A stretch of DNA of 38,337 nt from the NCBI GenBank assembly GCA_035388945.1, contig DAOOQW010000001.1, positions 14,547-52,883 of the forward strand. Direction: 5' to 3'. Positions 8,904 to 17,362 of the stretch are shown piece after piece. The notes under the pieces are model-generated. The model was not told where the DNA came from. It saw only the letters and a list, made by a program, of their open reading frames with translations, and made no database searches. Made by a program: the position numbers and the translations under genes. How positions within the stretch are numbered: position 1 is the stretch's first letter; every line of letters begins with the position of its first letter. This DNA comes from Flavobacteriales bacterium (lineage in GTDB: Bacteria; Bacteroidota; Bacteroidia; M30B66).

Positions 8904-10862
8904 GTGAGTTTTAGAAGATTTCTAATTGTATGGCTCTTACTTCTTCCTGCGCTAAGTTTATTGGCACAGGAAAAAGAAGATCCTTGCCCATTATCTTCCA
9001 ATAAAAAGGCACGCAAACTTTACGAAAAAGCTATTGATGCCGCACGTTCTAATAAAAATGAAGCGAGAAGTATCTTAACAGAAGCTCTCGAACTCGATCC
9101 CGAATTTGGCAGAGCTAACTACATGATGGCCGATTTACTCATCAAGGCTAAAAAAAGTAGCGAAGCGGAGCCATTTTTAAAGCAAGTAGCTGCTATATGT
9201 CCCGATTTGGATCCGCTTACTTTTTATCGTTTAGGTAGTATTCAATTTGGTGCTAAACGATACCAAGAAGCTAAAACGAATCTTTCTCGCTTTCTGGAAT
9301 CGAATGGTGGAAAGGAAAAAGATCGTAGCGATGCACGCGAACAACTCACTGCCGCAACTTTCTACCTCGAAGGTTTTGCTAAGCCTGTACCTTTTGATCC
9401 CAAACCCTTGGCATCCATTTCATCCGAAGCCGATGAATATCTACCGGTTATTACTGCCGATAATCAACGTGCTTACTTTACCCGCCGAACCATGGAAAAG
9501 GCAAAGTTTACCGGTGGAATAGAAGCGGAAGTGAAATCCATTGAGCGTTTTAGCTGGAGCATGGCACAAGCCGAAAATCAGTTTGAACTGGGTCAACCTA
9601 TGCCTCCACCTTTCAATAAACAATCAAACGAAGGAGGAGCAAGCCTATCAGCCGATAACCGAATTCTATTCTATACCATTTGTAAGCAAGAAGGCGGGGA
9701 ATTGCTCAATTGTGATTTGTGGTATTCTACGTTCGGTCGTGATACTTGGTCGGAGATTAAGAATGCTGGACCAGTCATTAATGGCAAGAACACTTGGGAA
9801 TCTCAACCATCGCTATCCTCTGATGGAAAAACGCTCTATTTCGCTAGCAATCGTCCCGGTGGAATAGGGGAGTTGGACATTTGGAAATCTGTAAAAGATA
9901 AAGATGGGAATTGGGGTGCACCTATCAATCTTGGACCAGAAATTAACACACCCGGAAACGAGAAATCTCCATTTTTCCATTCCGATGGACAAACCTTATA
10001 TTTCTCTTCAACCGGACATTTAGGATATGGTGGTTACGACATTTTTTTCGCGAAGCTTGATAAAGAAACCGGATGGCAAAAACCTAAAAACATTGGTTAT
10101 CCGATCAATTCGGAGAAAGACGATTTAGGCTTTTTTGTTAGCACGGATGGGAAAACCGGATATTTTGCTTCCGATAAGCTCAAAGGAGTTGGTGGCTGGG
10201 ATGTGTATGCATTTGGATTATATAAAGAAGCCCGTCCTGAGCGCGTTGTATTCCTTTCTGGAGAAATAAAAAGTGAGAACAATCAGTCGGTTGCTGATAC
10301 ACGGGTTGAGATTCAAAACATCCACACCAAAGAAATCACCACAATCGATGTAGATTCAGTTACAGGAAAGTATGTGGCGGTAATGGCTTTTAATGAAGAT
10401 CATATTTTAACAGTTAAACAACCGGGAAAAGCATTTACGAGTGAATATTTATCTGTTGCTGATTCTTCGCTGAACAAACCACGCAAGCTGGATGTAGAAG
10501 TGAAAGAAATTCAAGTGGGGAAGGCATACAAAATCAACAACCTGAACTTTAACACCAATTCAGCTGATTTCAATGCACAAACGGTGAGTATCGTTCTCGA
10601 ATTAGCCGAGTTTTTGAAAGAAAATCCAGCAATTAAAATCGCCATCCATGGACACACCGATAATGTAGGCGATCCGCAAACCAATATGGCTTTATCGAAC
10701 GACCGCGCCCGCCATGTATACGAACTGCTACTTTTAGAAGGCATCAAATCTGATCGCCTTACTTGGAAAGGCTTCGGCATGACCAAACCCATTGCATCTA
10801 ACCTAACCGAAAAGGGTAAAGCTTTAAATCGCAGGACGGAGTTTGTGATTACAGCAAAGTAG
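8904..10862 (+). CDS. OmpA-family protein with TPR, PD40 (TolB-like beta-propeller) repeats, a beta-sandwich and a C-terminal OmpA peptidoglycan-binding domain
   Basis: GTG start 3 nt after the asmA-like stop, with signal peptide SFRRFLIVWLLLLPALSLLAQE. PD40 repeats include SLSSDGKTLYFASNRPGGIGELDIW and HSDGQTLYFSS. The OmpA_C motifs are HGHTDNVGD...NMALSNDRA...LNRRTEFVI. Confidence 0.85.
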   Translation: MSFRRFLIVWLLLLPALSLLAQEKEDPCPLSSNKKARKLYEKAIDAARSNKNEARSILTEALELDPEFGRANYMMADLLIKAKKSSEAEPFLKQVAAICPDLDPLTFYRLGSIQFGAKRYQEAKTNLSRFLESNGGKEKDRSDAREQLTAATFYLEGFAKPVPFDPKPLASISSEADEYLPVITADNQRAYFTRRTMEKAKFTGGIEAEVKSIERFSWSMAQAENQFELGQPMPPPFNKQSNEGGASLSADNRILFYTICKQEGGELLNCDLWYSTFGRDTWSEIKNAGPVINGKNTWESQPSLSSDGKTLYFASNRPGGIGELDIWKSVKDKDGNWGAPINLGPEINTPGNEKSPFFHSDGQTLYFSSTGHLGYGGYDIFFAKLDKETGWQKPKNIGYPINSEKDDLGFFVSTDGKTGYFASDKLKGVGGWDVYAFGLYKEARPERVVFLSGEIKSENNQSVADTRVEIQNIHTKEITTIDVDSVTGKYVAVMAFNEDHILTVKQPGKAFTSEYLSVADSSLNKPRKLDVEVKEIQVGKAYKINNLNFNTNSADFNAQTVSIVLELAEFLKENPAIKIAIHGHTDNVGDPQTNMALSNDRARHVYELLLLEGIKSDRLTWKGFGMTKPIASNLTEKGKALNRRTEFVITAK

Positions 10863-10865
10863 ATA

Positions 10866-10961
10866 GTATTAAGTAAAGTGTATTAAGTATTAAGATTTAT
10901 AGAGAATGCTAGTTTAAAGCAATTCGTAATACTCTGTACTCTGTACTTTTTACTAAGTACT
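10866..10961. repeat. AT-rich short-period repeat tract between convergent genes (TATTAAG x3, TACTCTG x2 in tandem, several GTAC/TACT cores, AAGTACTT palindrome)
   Basis: TATTAAG occurs at 10867, 10881 and 10888. TACTCTG occurs at 10930 and 10937. AAGTACTT lies at 10955-10962. There is no convincing GC-rich hairpin. Confidence 0.4.
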
Positions 10962-10963
10962 TT

Positions 10964-11887
10964 CTACTCTATACCTGTTCCAATTTCCCACACCATCACC
11001 GAACGATCATCACTTCCCGAAATCAGGAAGTTTTTATGAGATGACCAATGCAGCGAATTGACCGAATTTATGTGTCCTTGAAATTGGGCAGCATCGATGC
11101 GAAGTAGAAATTCACAGGAATTCGCATCCCAAATTTTGATGGTTTTATCTCGGCTGCCAGTTGCGAATAGTTGCTTGTTTGGATGGAAAACAATGGAATA
11201 AATAGCATAGTTATGAGCTGGAATGCTCACTAGTAAACGGAAATCTTCTTCAATATCCCAGCTTTTCAAATGTGCATCTTTTGAACCGCTCAATAAGCTT
11301 GTACCATTGGGATGAAAGCAAAGTGAATTTACCGACATCTCGTGTGCTTTCCACTTATGTACAACTTCTAGATTGCTACTGTTTAACAGTACAATAGAAC
11401 CTTCACCAGTTCCAATGGCAACTAATTTTTGATTTTCCGAAATAGCTACCGTTCTGATTTTCTTTTCCGAAAGAATCATCGACTTCACTGCATGAAAATC
11501 ATGCACACTCCAACTAACCCAATGTCCATTACCACCACTACTATAAACCTGTTCTGTGAGTGCATTCCAGGAAAGCGAATACACACCTTTTGTATGACCA
11601 AGCAGATAGCGCACTTCAGCTTTTTTTACTAAATCAATTACATGTATTCCCCCTTGGTCATTCCCAACTAAAAGCAGGTTGTATTCAGGAATTAAACAGG
11701 TGCAATAAATTACTCCCGGAGTTCGGGCTAGCACATGAATGGGCTTATTTGTCTCAAGCGACCATTCAACTACCATTTTGTCGCTTCCTGCTGATAAAAA
11801 AGCATTGCTTTCAGGCGCTTGATTGACAGTATAAACAGCACCATCATGACCTTTTAATTGAGCGATTCGTTTAGCAACGATTTTCAT
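10964..11887 (-). CDS. Stand-alone WD40-repeat (seven-blade beta-propeller) protein, cytoplasmic
   Basis: 307 aa with no signal peptide. It has repeated GH...WD units (LKGHDGAVY, LLGHTKGVYSL, SGSKDAHLKSWD, TGSRDKTIKIWD, SGSDDRSVMVWE). Confidence 0.85.
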   Translation of the reverse strand: MKIVAKRIAQLKGHDGAVYTVNQAPESNAFLSAGSDKMVVEWSLETNKPIHVLARTPGVIYCTCLIPEYNLLLVGNDQGGIHVIDLVKKAEVRYLLGHTKGVYSLSWNALTEQVYSSGGNGHWVSWSVHDFHAVKSMILSEKKIRTVAISENQKLVAIGTGEGSIVLLNSSNLEVVHKWKAHEMSVNSLCFHPNGTSLLSGSKDAHLKSWDIEEDFRLLVSIPAHNYAIYSIVFHPNKQLFATGSRDKTIKIWDANSCEFLLRIDAAQFQGHINSVNSLHWSSHKNFLISGSDDRSVMVWEIGTGIE

Positions 11888-11891
11888 ATAG

Positions 11892-11899
11892 CAAAGGTA
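11892..11899 (-). promoter_or_regulatory. -7 promoter box TACCTTTG for the WD40 gene
   Basis: The reverse complement of caaaggta is a perfect TAnnTTTG, 4 nt upstream of ATG 11887. Confidence 0.4.
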
Positions 11900-11924
11900 A
11901 GAGCAAATGCAAGTTTGATATCCT

Positions 11925-13664
11925 TTACTTAATTGTATTCAGATTTATTTTAATGAAATTAAATTCTCTAAAACGATCTAACATTAAATCGTACTCAAAT
12001 AGTCCGAGTATGTATAGGTATCCTTCATTATTTGTCCAAGATACAGTTGGTGTTGGCAGGAAATTTTTAATCTCAGGTAGTACTTTAATATAAGAATGAG
12101 AAATCACTCCTTTTTCGGATAACTTATCAATACGTATCACATTAGAAGGCTGTCTCTTATAAGGTTTATAAATCATTTTGGTATTTATTTTAGGAATGGA
12201 TTCTCCTAAAGATTTTCCATTTATTGATAAATCATCTAAATCAGATATAACACTTATGTTCGATTGTAAGTCATTCATTGTTAGGAATACATCTTCTTTT
12301 AGAACCTCAAATGAATATCCTAATCCCAATGTGCCATCAGTACTTTCTTGAAATTTGGGTACCAATCTTAACCATGAATTATCTTTCGATTTGGGGTCAA
12401 ATCGTGCAACTAAAATATATCCAGAAAATAGAGTTTGGTCCATTCCATAATCGGTTGAACTACATATTATCCAATTGCCATTATCTGTTTTTTTTATGTC
12501 AGAGATCCTGGAATAATATGTTGCTAATGCCATTTCTGAACTTTGCTTGGTAATGTTTTCCTTGTTAGGCATGCACATTGCAGTTTGAGCAGGGCTTGGT
12601 CGTAATTCACAAGAAGAAGTTTCCAACAAATCTTCCATGTTTAAAGTGACTATTTCATAACCCGGAATATACATTACTACTTTCTTGTCTTCTCGAATTG
12701 TATCTCTGAATAAGGTTATTAAATGGATATTCGAATCATCTATTTGCAAATGATGTTCAAGCAACCTTCTGCTAGGGCGGAATAAATTCATTCCGTTTCT
12801 TTCGAATTTATCTGATTTGACTTTTCCTGAGTAAATAATAATATCTTCTTTGTCAGGACCAATATCAATTTTTTCAGAATCCACGCTTACAATTTGAAAT
12901 TTCGGATTTCTCGAAAATCCAAGAATCAACTGTTTTGATTTAGTTAAATTGAATTGTGACAATTCATAGTTCAAAACTGGTACATCTGTTTGGAGTTCCG
13001 TTTCTGATTTTAAATCCAGAGAATTAATATCAAATTCTCGAACATTAATATTATACTGTTTTTCAATTTCACTTTGATTAATTCCATTTTCTGATGACAA
13101 ATATGAACTAACGACAAGCAAGGAAGAGCTGTCATCACTGAGTTTAAAATATCTCGTTATATTTTGCTTATTAGCTTGTTCAGATTGATTTGAATTGTCT
13201 AATTCGAAAACATCAATTGATGTTGCGTCTTCATCAAATGGTTTAAGTGTGGAAGGTTCTACTGAATAAATAGCGACACAATTTTCCTTTTCTTTTTCAC
13301 AGTCATATCCAAGAATAAATTTTAAATGATCATTCATCAAAAAGACATCATATAAGACTAGATTATTTGTTGACGCTTGATTAGGTAAAATTGGATAGGT
13401 GAATTTTTCAGTTATGATATTATTATTATCTAAATTTTCTAAGTATACGAGGTAAGAAGCTTTACTATAAACATTCCTCATAGTCTTATAATTTTCAATA
13501 CGACCAACGGCTTTCCCGTCTATTTTTCCTAAAATATTTAGTTGTTGATAATCATTTACCTTAAATGAAGGCGTATAAGTTGCTTCAATTGTTTGCGATT
13601 TAATTTCTTGGTTAGTACAAACTAGAAGTGTAATAAAAGTGAAATACGTTAAAATATTTTTCAT
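11925..13664 (-). CDS. Hypothetical secreted protein (orphan, AT-rich gene)
   Basis: Long uninterrupted ORF. The first ATG (13664) gives MKNILTYFTFITLLVCTNQEIKSQ, a signal peptide. The track start at 13682 is a TTG that overlaps a -7 box. I recognise no family motif. The composition is N/K/S/D/I-rich. Confidence 0.6.
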   Translation of the reverse strand: MKNILTYFTFITLLVCTNQEIKSQTIEATYTPSFKVNDYQQLNILGKIDGKAVGRIENYKTMRNVYSKASYLVYLENLDNNNIITEKFTYPILPNQASTNNLVLYDVFLMNDHLKFILGYDCEKEKENCVAIYSVEPSTLKPFDEDATSIDVFELDNSNQSEQANKQNITRYFKLSDDSSSLLVVSSYLSSENGINQSEIEKQYNINVREFDINSLDLKSETELQTDVPVLNYELSQFNLTKSKQLILGFSRNPKFQIVSVDSEKIDIGPDKEDIIIYSGKVKSDKFERNGMNLFRPSRRLLEHHLQIDDSNIHLITLFRDTIREDKKVVMYIPGYEIVTLNMEDLLETSSCELRPSPAQTAMCMPNKENITKQSSEMALATYYSRISDIKKTDNGNWIICSSTDYGMDQTLFSGYILVARFDPKSKDNSWLRLVPKFQESTDGTLGLGYSFEVLKEDVFLTMNDLQSNISVISDLDDLSINGKSLGESIPKINTKMIYKPYKRQPSNVIRIDKLSEKGVISHSYIKVLPEIKNFLPTPTVSWTNNEGYLYILGLFEYDLMLDRFREFNFIKINLNTIK

Positions 13665-13679
13665 CCGATAGTAATTTCT

Positions 13680-13687
13680 CAAATATA
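13680..13687 (-). promoter_or_regulatory. -7 promoter box TATATTTG with a -33 TTTG 20 nt upstream, for the orphan gene
   Basis: The reverse complement of caaatata is a perfect TAnnTTTG, 15 nt upstream of ATG 13664. A TTTG lies at the appropriate -33 spacing. Confidence 0.45.
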
Positions 13688-13787
13688 ACTTCTCGTCATT
13701 AATAGCGCAAAATATTTGTCATTTTGTCACCTTTCTCTTACTGGCACTTACTTTGAAAACGGCGGTAGTCCTAATTAAAATTGAATT

Positions 13788-15602
13788 ATGTCAACCGGAA
13801 AAATCAACGTAAACACCGAAAACATTTTCCCTATTATTAAGAAATTCCTGTATTCAGATCATGAGATCTTTTTGCGGGAATTAGTTTCCAACGCAGTCGA
13901 TGCTAACATGAAACTGCGCACCCTTGCTGCAACCGGAGAAGCCAAAGGTGAATTGGGAGAACTTCAAATTGAAGTACGTATCGATTCAGAAAAGAAAACA
14001 CTTACCATTTCGGACACCGGTATCGGTATGACTGCCGAAGAAATTGATAAATACATCAATCAAATTGCTTTTTCAGGCGCAGAAGAATTTGTAGAAAAAT
14101 ACAAAGACAAACCTGAAGCAAATGCCATAATCGGACATTTTGGACTTGGATTTTATTCTTCGTTCATGGTTGCATCCAATGTAGAAATTATTTCCAAATC
14201 CTATCAAGAAGGAGCTGAAGCTGTTCGTTGGGAATGTGATGGAAGTCCCGACTTTACACTATCTGCTGCTGAAAAAGAAAGTCGCGGAACGGATATCATT
14301 CTTCACATTGCTGAAGATTCGCTCGAGTTCTTGGAAACTGCTCGTATTCAAACACTCTTGAATAAATATTGCAAGTTTCTACCTATTCCAATCCAGTTCA
14401 ACGGCGAGCAAATTAATAATGTAAAACCAGCTTGGACTCAGAAACCTGCCGATTTGAGCGATGAAGATTATTTAGCTTTTTACAAAGAGCTTTATCCGTA
14501 TTCAGAAGAGCCTTTATTCCACATTCATCTCAATGTAGATTACCCATTTAACTTGACTGGGATATTGTATTTCCCACGTTTGAAGAAGAACTTCGAGATA
14601 CAGAAAAACAAAATTCAACTTTATAGCAATCAGGTTTTTGTGACCGATTCGGTTGAAGGAATTGTACCCGATTTCCTCACTTTATTGCATGGTGTATTAG
14701 ATTCACCTGATATTCCTTTGAACGTTTCTCGTTCTTATTTGCAGAGCGATGGAAATGTGAAGAAAATCAGCAGCCACATCACTAAAAAAGTAGCCGATAA
14801 ACTTGAGGATTTATTCAAAACAAATCGCGAAGATTTCGAAGCTAAATGGGATGATATCCGCATGTTCATCCAATACGGAATGCTTAGTGATGAGAAATTT
14901 GGAGATCGTGCACTGAAATTTAATTTGCTTAAGAATGTAGCTGAAAAATGCTTCACACATGAAGAATACCTCGATCATGTTTGTCCTTTGCAAACCGATA
15001 AAAACGAACAAGTCATTCTTCTATATGCTGCCAACAAAACCGAACAACACACTTTTATTGATGCTGCTGTTCAGCGTGGATATGATGTGTTGTTAATGGA
15101 TAGTCCGCTTGATTCGCATTTGGTGAATATGCTTGAAAGCAAAATGGAAAAAGTTCGATTTGTTCGAGTTGATTCCGATACTGTTGACAAACTAATAGTA
15201 AAAGAGGATGCGCTTCCTTCAAAATTATCAGAAGAAGAACAAGAGCGTTTAAAACCACTAATTGAGAAACAGGTGGAAGGTAAAATGCTTTCTGTACAAT
15301 TAGAATCAATGAGTGAATCGGATGCACCTGTGATTGTGACTCGTCCCGAATTCATGCGACGTATGAAAGACATGGCACAAGTTGGAGGTGGAAATCCATT
15401 TATGGCCGATATGCCTGACAGTGCAAACTTGGTCATAAATACCAACCATCCACTAATTGGTCGAATTTTATCTACCGATGATGCTGATAAGCAAGCAAAT
15501 CTCATCCGCCAGGCTACCGATCTTGCCTTGTTAGCTCAAAATATGCTGAAAGGTGAAGAGCTCACTCGGTTTATCCGGCGAAGCGTCGAACTAATCGACT
15601 AA
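13788..15602 (+). CDS. htpG: Molecular chaperone HtpG (Hsp90)
   Basis: 604 aa. It has the Bergerat ATPase motifs LRELVSNAVDA, SDTGIGM and GHFGLGFYS. Confidence 0.95.
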   Translation: MSTGKINVNTENIFPIIKKFLYSDHEIFLRELVSNAVDANMKLRTLAATGEAKGELGELQIEVRIDSEKKTLTISDTGIGMTAEEIDKYINQIAFSGAEEFVEKYKDKPEANAIIGHFGLGFYSSFMVASNVEIISKSYQEGAEAVRWECDGSPDFTLSAAEKESRGTDIILHIAEDSLEFLETARIQTLLNKYCKFLPIPIQFNGEQINNVKPAWTQKPADLSDEDYLAFYKELYPYSEEPLFHIHLNVDYPFNLTGILYFPRLKKNFEIQKNKIQLYSNQVFVTDSVEGIVPDFLTLLHGVLDSPDIPLNVSRSYLQSDGNVKKISSHITKKVADKLEDLFKTNREDFEAKWDDIRMFIQYGMLSDEKFGDRALKFNLLKNVAEKCFTHEEYLDHVCPLQTDKNEQVILLYAANKTEQHTFIDAAVQRGYDVLLMDSPLDSHLVNMLESKMEKVRFVRVDSDTVDKLIVKEDALPSKLSEEEQERLKPLIEKQVEGKMLSVQLESMSESDAPVIVTRPEFMRRMKDMAQVGGGNPFMADMPDSANLVINTNHPLIGRILSTDDADKQANLIRQATDLALLAQNMLKGEELTRFIRRSVELID

Positions 15603-15618
15603 TCTTAAACTTTCTCAG

Positions 15619-15655
15619 GCCCTGAATTTCTCGATTCAGGGCTTTCTTTTTTTTC
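15619..15655 (+). terminator. Rho-independent terminator of htpG
   Basis: A 9-bp perfect stem (GCCCTGAAT at 15619-15627 pairing with ATTCAGGGC at 15634-15642) with a 6-nt loop, followed by TTTCTTTTTTTT. Confidence 0.85.
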
Positions 15656-15705
15656 TGCCGCGGTGTGTATCAGATTTTTGGTATTTTGCCTCTTCAACCA
15701 GCGCT

Positions 15706-16569
15706 ATGAAACACCTTGTTACTTGTTTTTTGATTGTAAGTGGATTAAGCCTTTCAGCACAAACTCCTGCTGCAGATTCTAAACCCACATCCAATAAACG
15801 ATTCAGCTTATCCGATTATCAATTAAATGTATCGTTCAATGCTTACAAGCCTGAATTGACCGACTATCAAACTTTGAAATTGATTGCTGCAAACGCTGCG
15901 GATTTAAATCTACCAACAAACATCGATTCGTTTAGTCGCCGCCCCGATAGCCAAGAAGGAAGTCAAGGAACAGTTTTGGTTGTTTTATCTGCTTCATTTT
16001 CGCCTTACAGTAAGAAAAAAGAAGGATACAACAAGCAACAATTATGGCGAGTTGGGCTTTCATTTCGCGATGTGAATACGTATGAAAGCTCTTACAATTT
16101 TGCTCAAACGATAACTCAAGATAGCAGCACTTCACGCGATTATTTGGTAAATGCTAACCAAAAAGTACTTGGACTTGAAACGATGTACACGTTTAGTACA
16201 GATGTTGAAAAGCCCGTTAATGTATACGTTGGATTAGGATTAACTGCAGGATATTCGATTTCATCTAACATGGAGGTGAATTCGAATTTCAATACCATCA
16301 TGAAACAGCCTGATGGTGTGAATCAAACCACTTTCACCCCAAGCAGTTCGATTATAAAAGGAAAAAACGCCATGTACATGGGAGTATTTATTCCAGCAGG
16401 CTTTCACGTGAGAGTGAAGAAAAATATTGGAGTGTTAGCTGAATTTAGATATGGTATGTATTCCACTACAATTTCTAGTGGTCCTAAATTCTCAAGAAAT
16501 TCTGTATTTGCTGGGATTGGACTTCGTTATACATTAGGTGTTTTCGAAGATAAAAAACCAGCTTACTAA
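15706..16569 (+). CDS. Outer-membrane beta-barrel protein (porin-family-like), function unknown
   Basis: 287 aa with signal peptide MKHLVTCFLIVSGLSLSAQ. It shows an alternating beta-strand pattern and an aromatic-rich C-terminal strand (GIGLRYTLGVF). Confidence 0.55.
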   Translation: MKHLVTCFLIVSGLSLSAQTPAADSKPTSNKRFSLSDYQLNVSFNAYKPELTDYQTLKLIAANAADLNLPTNIDSFSRRPDSQEGSQGTVLVVLSASFSPYSKKKEGYNKQQLWRVGLSFRDVNTYESSYNFAQTITQDSSTSRDYLVNANQKVLGLETMYTFSTDVEKPVNVYVGLGLTAGYSISSNMEVNSNFNTIMKQPDGVNQTTFTPSSSIIKGKNAMYMGVFIPAGFHVRVKKNIGVLAEFRYGMYSTTISSGPKFSRNSVFAGIGLRYTLGVFEDKKPAY

Positions 16570-16571
16570 GA

Positions 16572-16811
16572 TTAAGTGCTTTTACCTTTCCAGTTGCGGT
16601 AAACCATAAACCCAATTCCACCTAAAACGATATATGGAATAGACATTAGGTAAAGAATGCCATTATTAAGGCCTTTTCCTACTGTTTTACCACCGTTTTC
16701 GATGTTCGACTCAACTGTTGCTTTACACATTGCACATTGAGCCATTGCTGGACCTTGTGCAGCTACAAAAAAGATTGCAATCAACAGGTAAACAGAACGC
16801 AGGCTTTTCAT
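16572..16811 (-). CDS. Small bitopic membrane protein with a periplasmic CxxC motif, last gene of the oxidase-assembly operon
   Basis: The first ATG is at 16811, 8 nt after the DUF420 stop. The sequence is MKSLRSVYLLIAIFFVAAQGPAMAQCAMCKATVESNIENGGKTVGKGLNNGILYLMSIPYIVLGGIGFMVYRNWKGKST. This reads as signal peptide, CAMC, one TM helix and a basic tail. The track's 104-aa version overlaps DUF420. Confidence 0.6.
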   Translation of the reverse strand: MKSLRSVYLLIAIFFVAAQGPAMAQCAMCKATVESNIENGGKTVGKGLNNGILYLMSIPYIVLGGIGFMVYRNWKGKST

Positions 16812-16819
16812 CGTGTATT

Positions 16820-17362
16820 TTATTGAGGATAATAAGGCGAAATCATCACGTAAACAATTACCCCGGTAAGAGTGATGTATAACCACAAAGGTAGGGTGAT
16901 ACGAGCAATTTTGCGATGTTGGTCGAATTTCTCTGAAAGCGCTCGTACATAGGTGATGAGAACAAGCGGAATAATTGCAATCGAAAGAAGTATGTGAGAA
17001 GCTAAGACGAAGTAATAGACATATAGCAAAGTTCCACTACCCGGATGTTTGGTTGTTTCGGTAGAAAGGTGAAACAAGACATAAAAGACCAAGAACAAAA
17101 GCGATAAGGCAATTGCTGAGGTCATCAACATTTTGTGAAGGGCAATATTTTTTTGTTTGATTGCGTAAAGTGCCAAAAGAAGAACAAGAAATGTTGTTCC
17201 ATTTATAATGGCATTGAAAAGAGGGAATATGTAATAATTGAATTCCCCTAAAATTTCCATTTTAGGAGCAACCGCCAAAATCCCAACGACCAATGGAATT
17301 GCTACTCCTGCAGCTATAATCCAAGGTAAAAACTTCTTTTCTTTTGAAACAGGAACTTCCAT
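16820..17362 (-). CDS. DUF420 (CtaM-like) membrane protein
   Basis: 180 aa with about 5 TM helices. It sits after sco, as in other oxidase clusters. Its ATG shares one base with the sco stop (TAATG). Confidence 0.7.
   Translation of the reverse strand: MEVPVSKEKKFLPWIIAAGVAIPLVVGILAVAPKMEILGEFNYYIFPLFNAIINGTTFLVLLLALYAIKQKNIALHKMLMTSAIALSLLFLVFYVLFHLSTETTKHPGSGTLLYVYYFVLASHILLSIAIIPLVLITYVRALSEKFDQHRKIARITLPLWLYITLTGVIVYVMISPYYPQ

Noticed and set aside
8562-9016. Two antisense ORFs (72 and 86 aa) opposite the 3' end of the AsmA-like gene.
   Set aside because: They are a by-product of the purine-rich K/E-coding tract. The pyrimidine-rich complement lacks stop codons by composition (F/L/S-rich translation).
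13683-13787. A heat-shock promoter or RNA thermometer upstream of htpG.
   Set aside because: Only one-mismatch -7 candidates are present (TCATTTTG at 13719-13726, TTACTTTG at 13748-13755). I could not identify a convincing structured leader by eye, so this is left uncalled.
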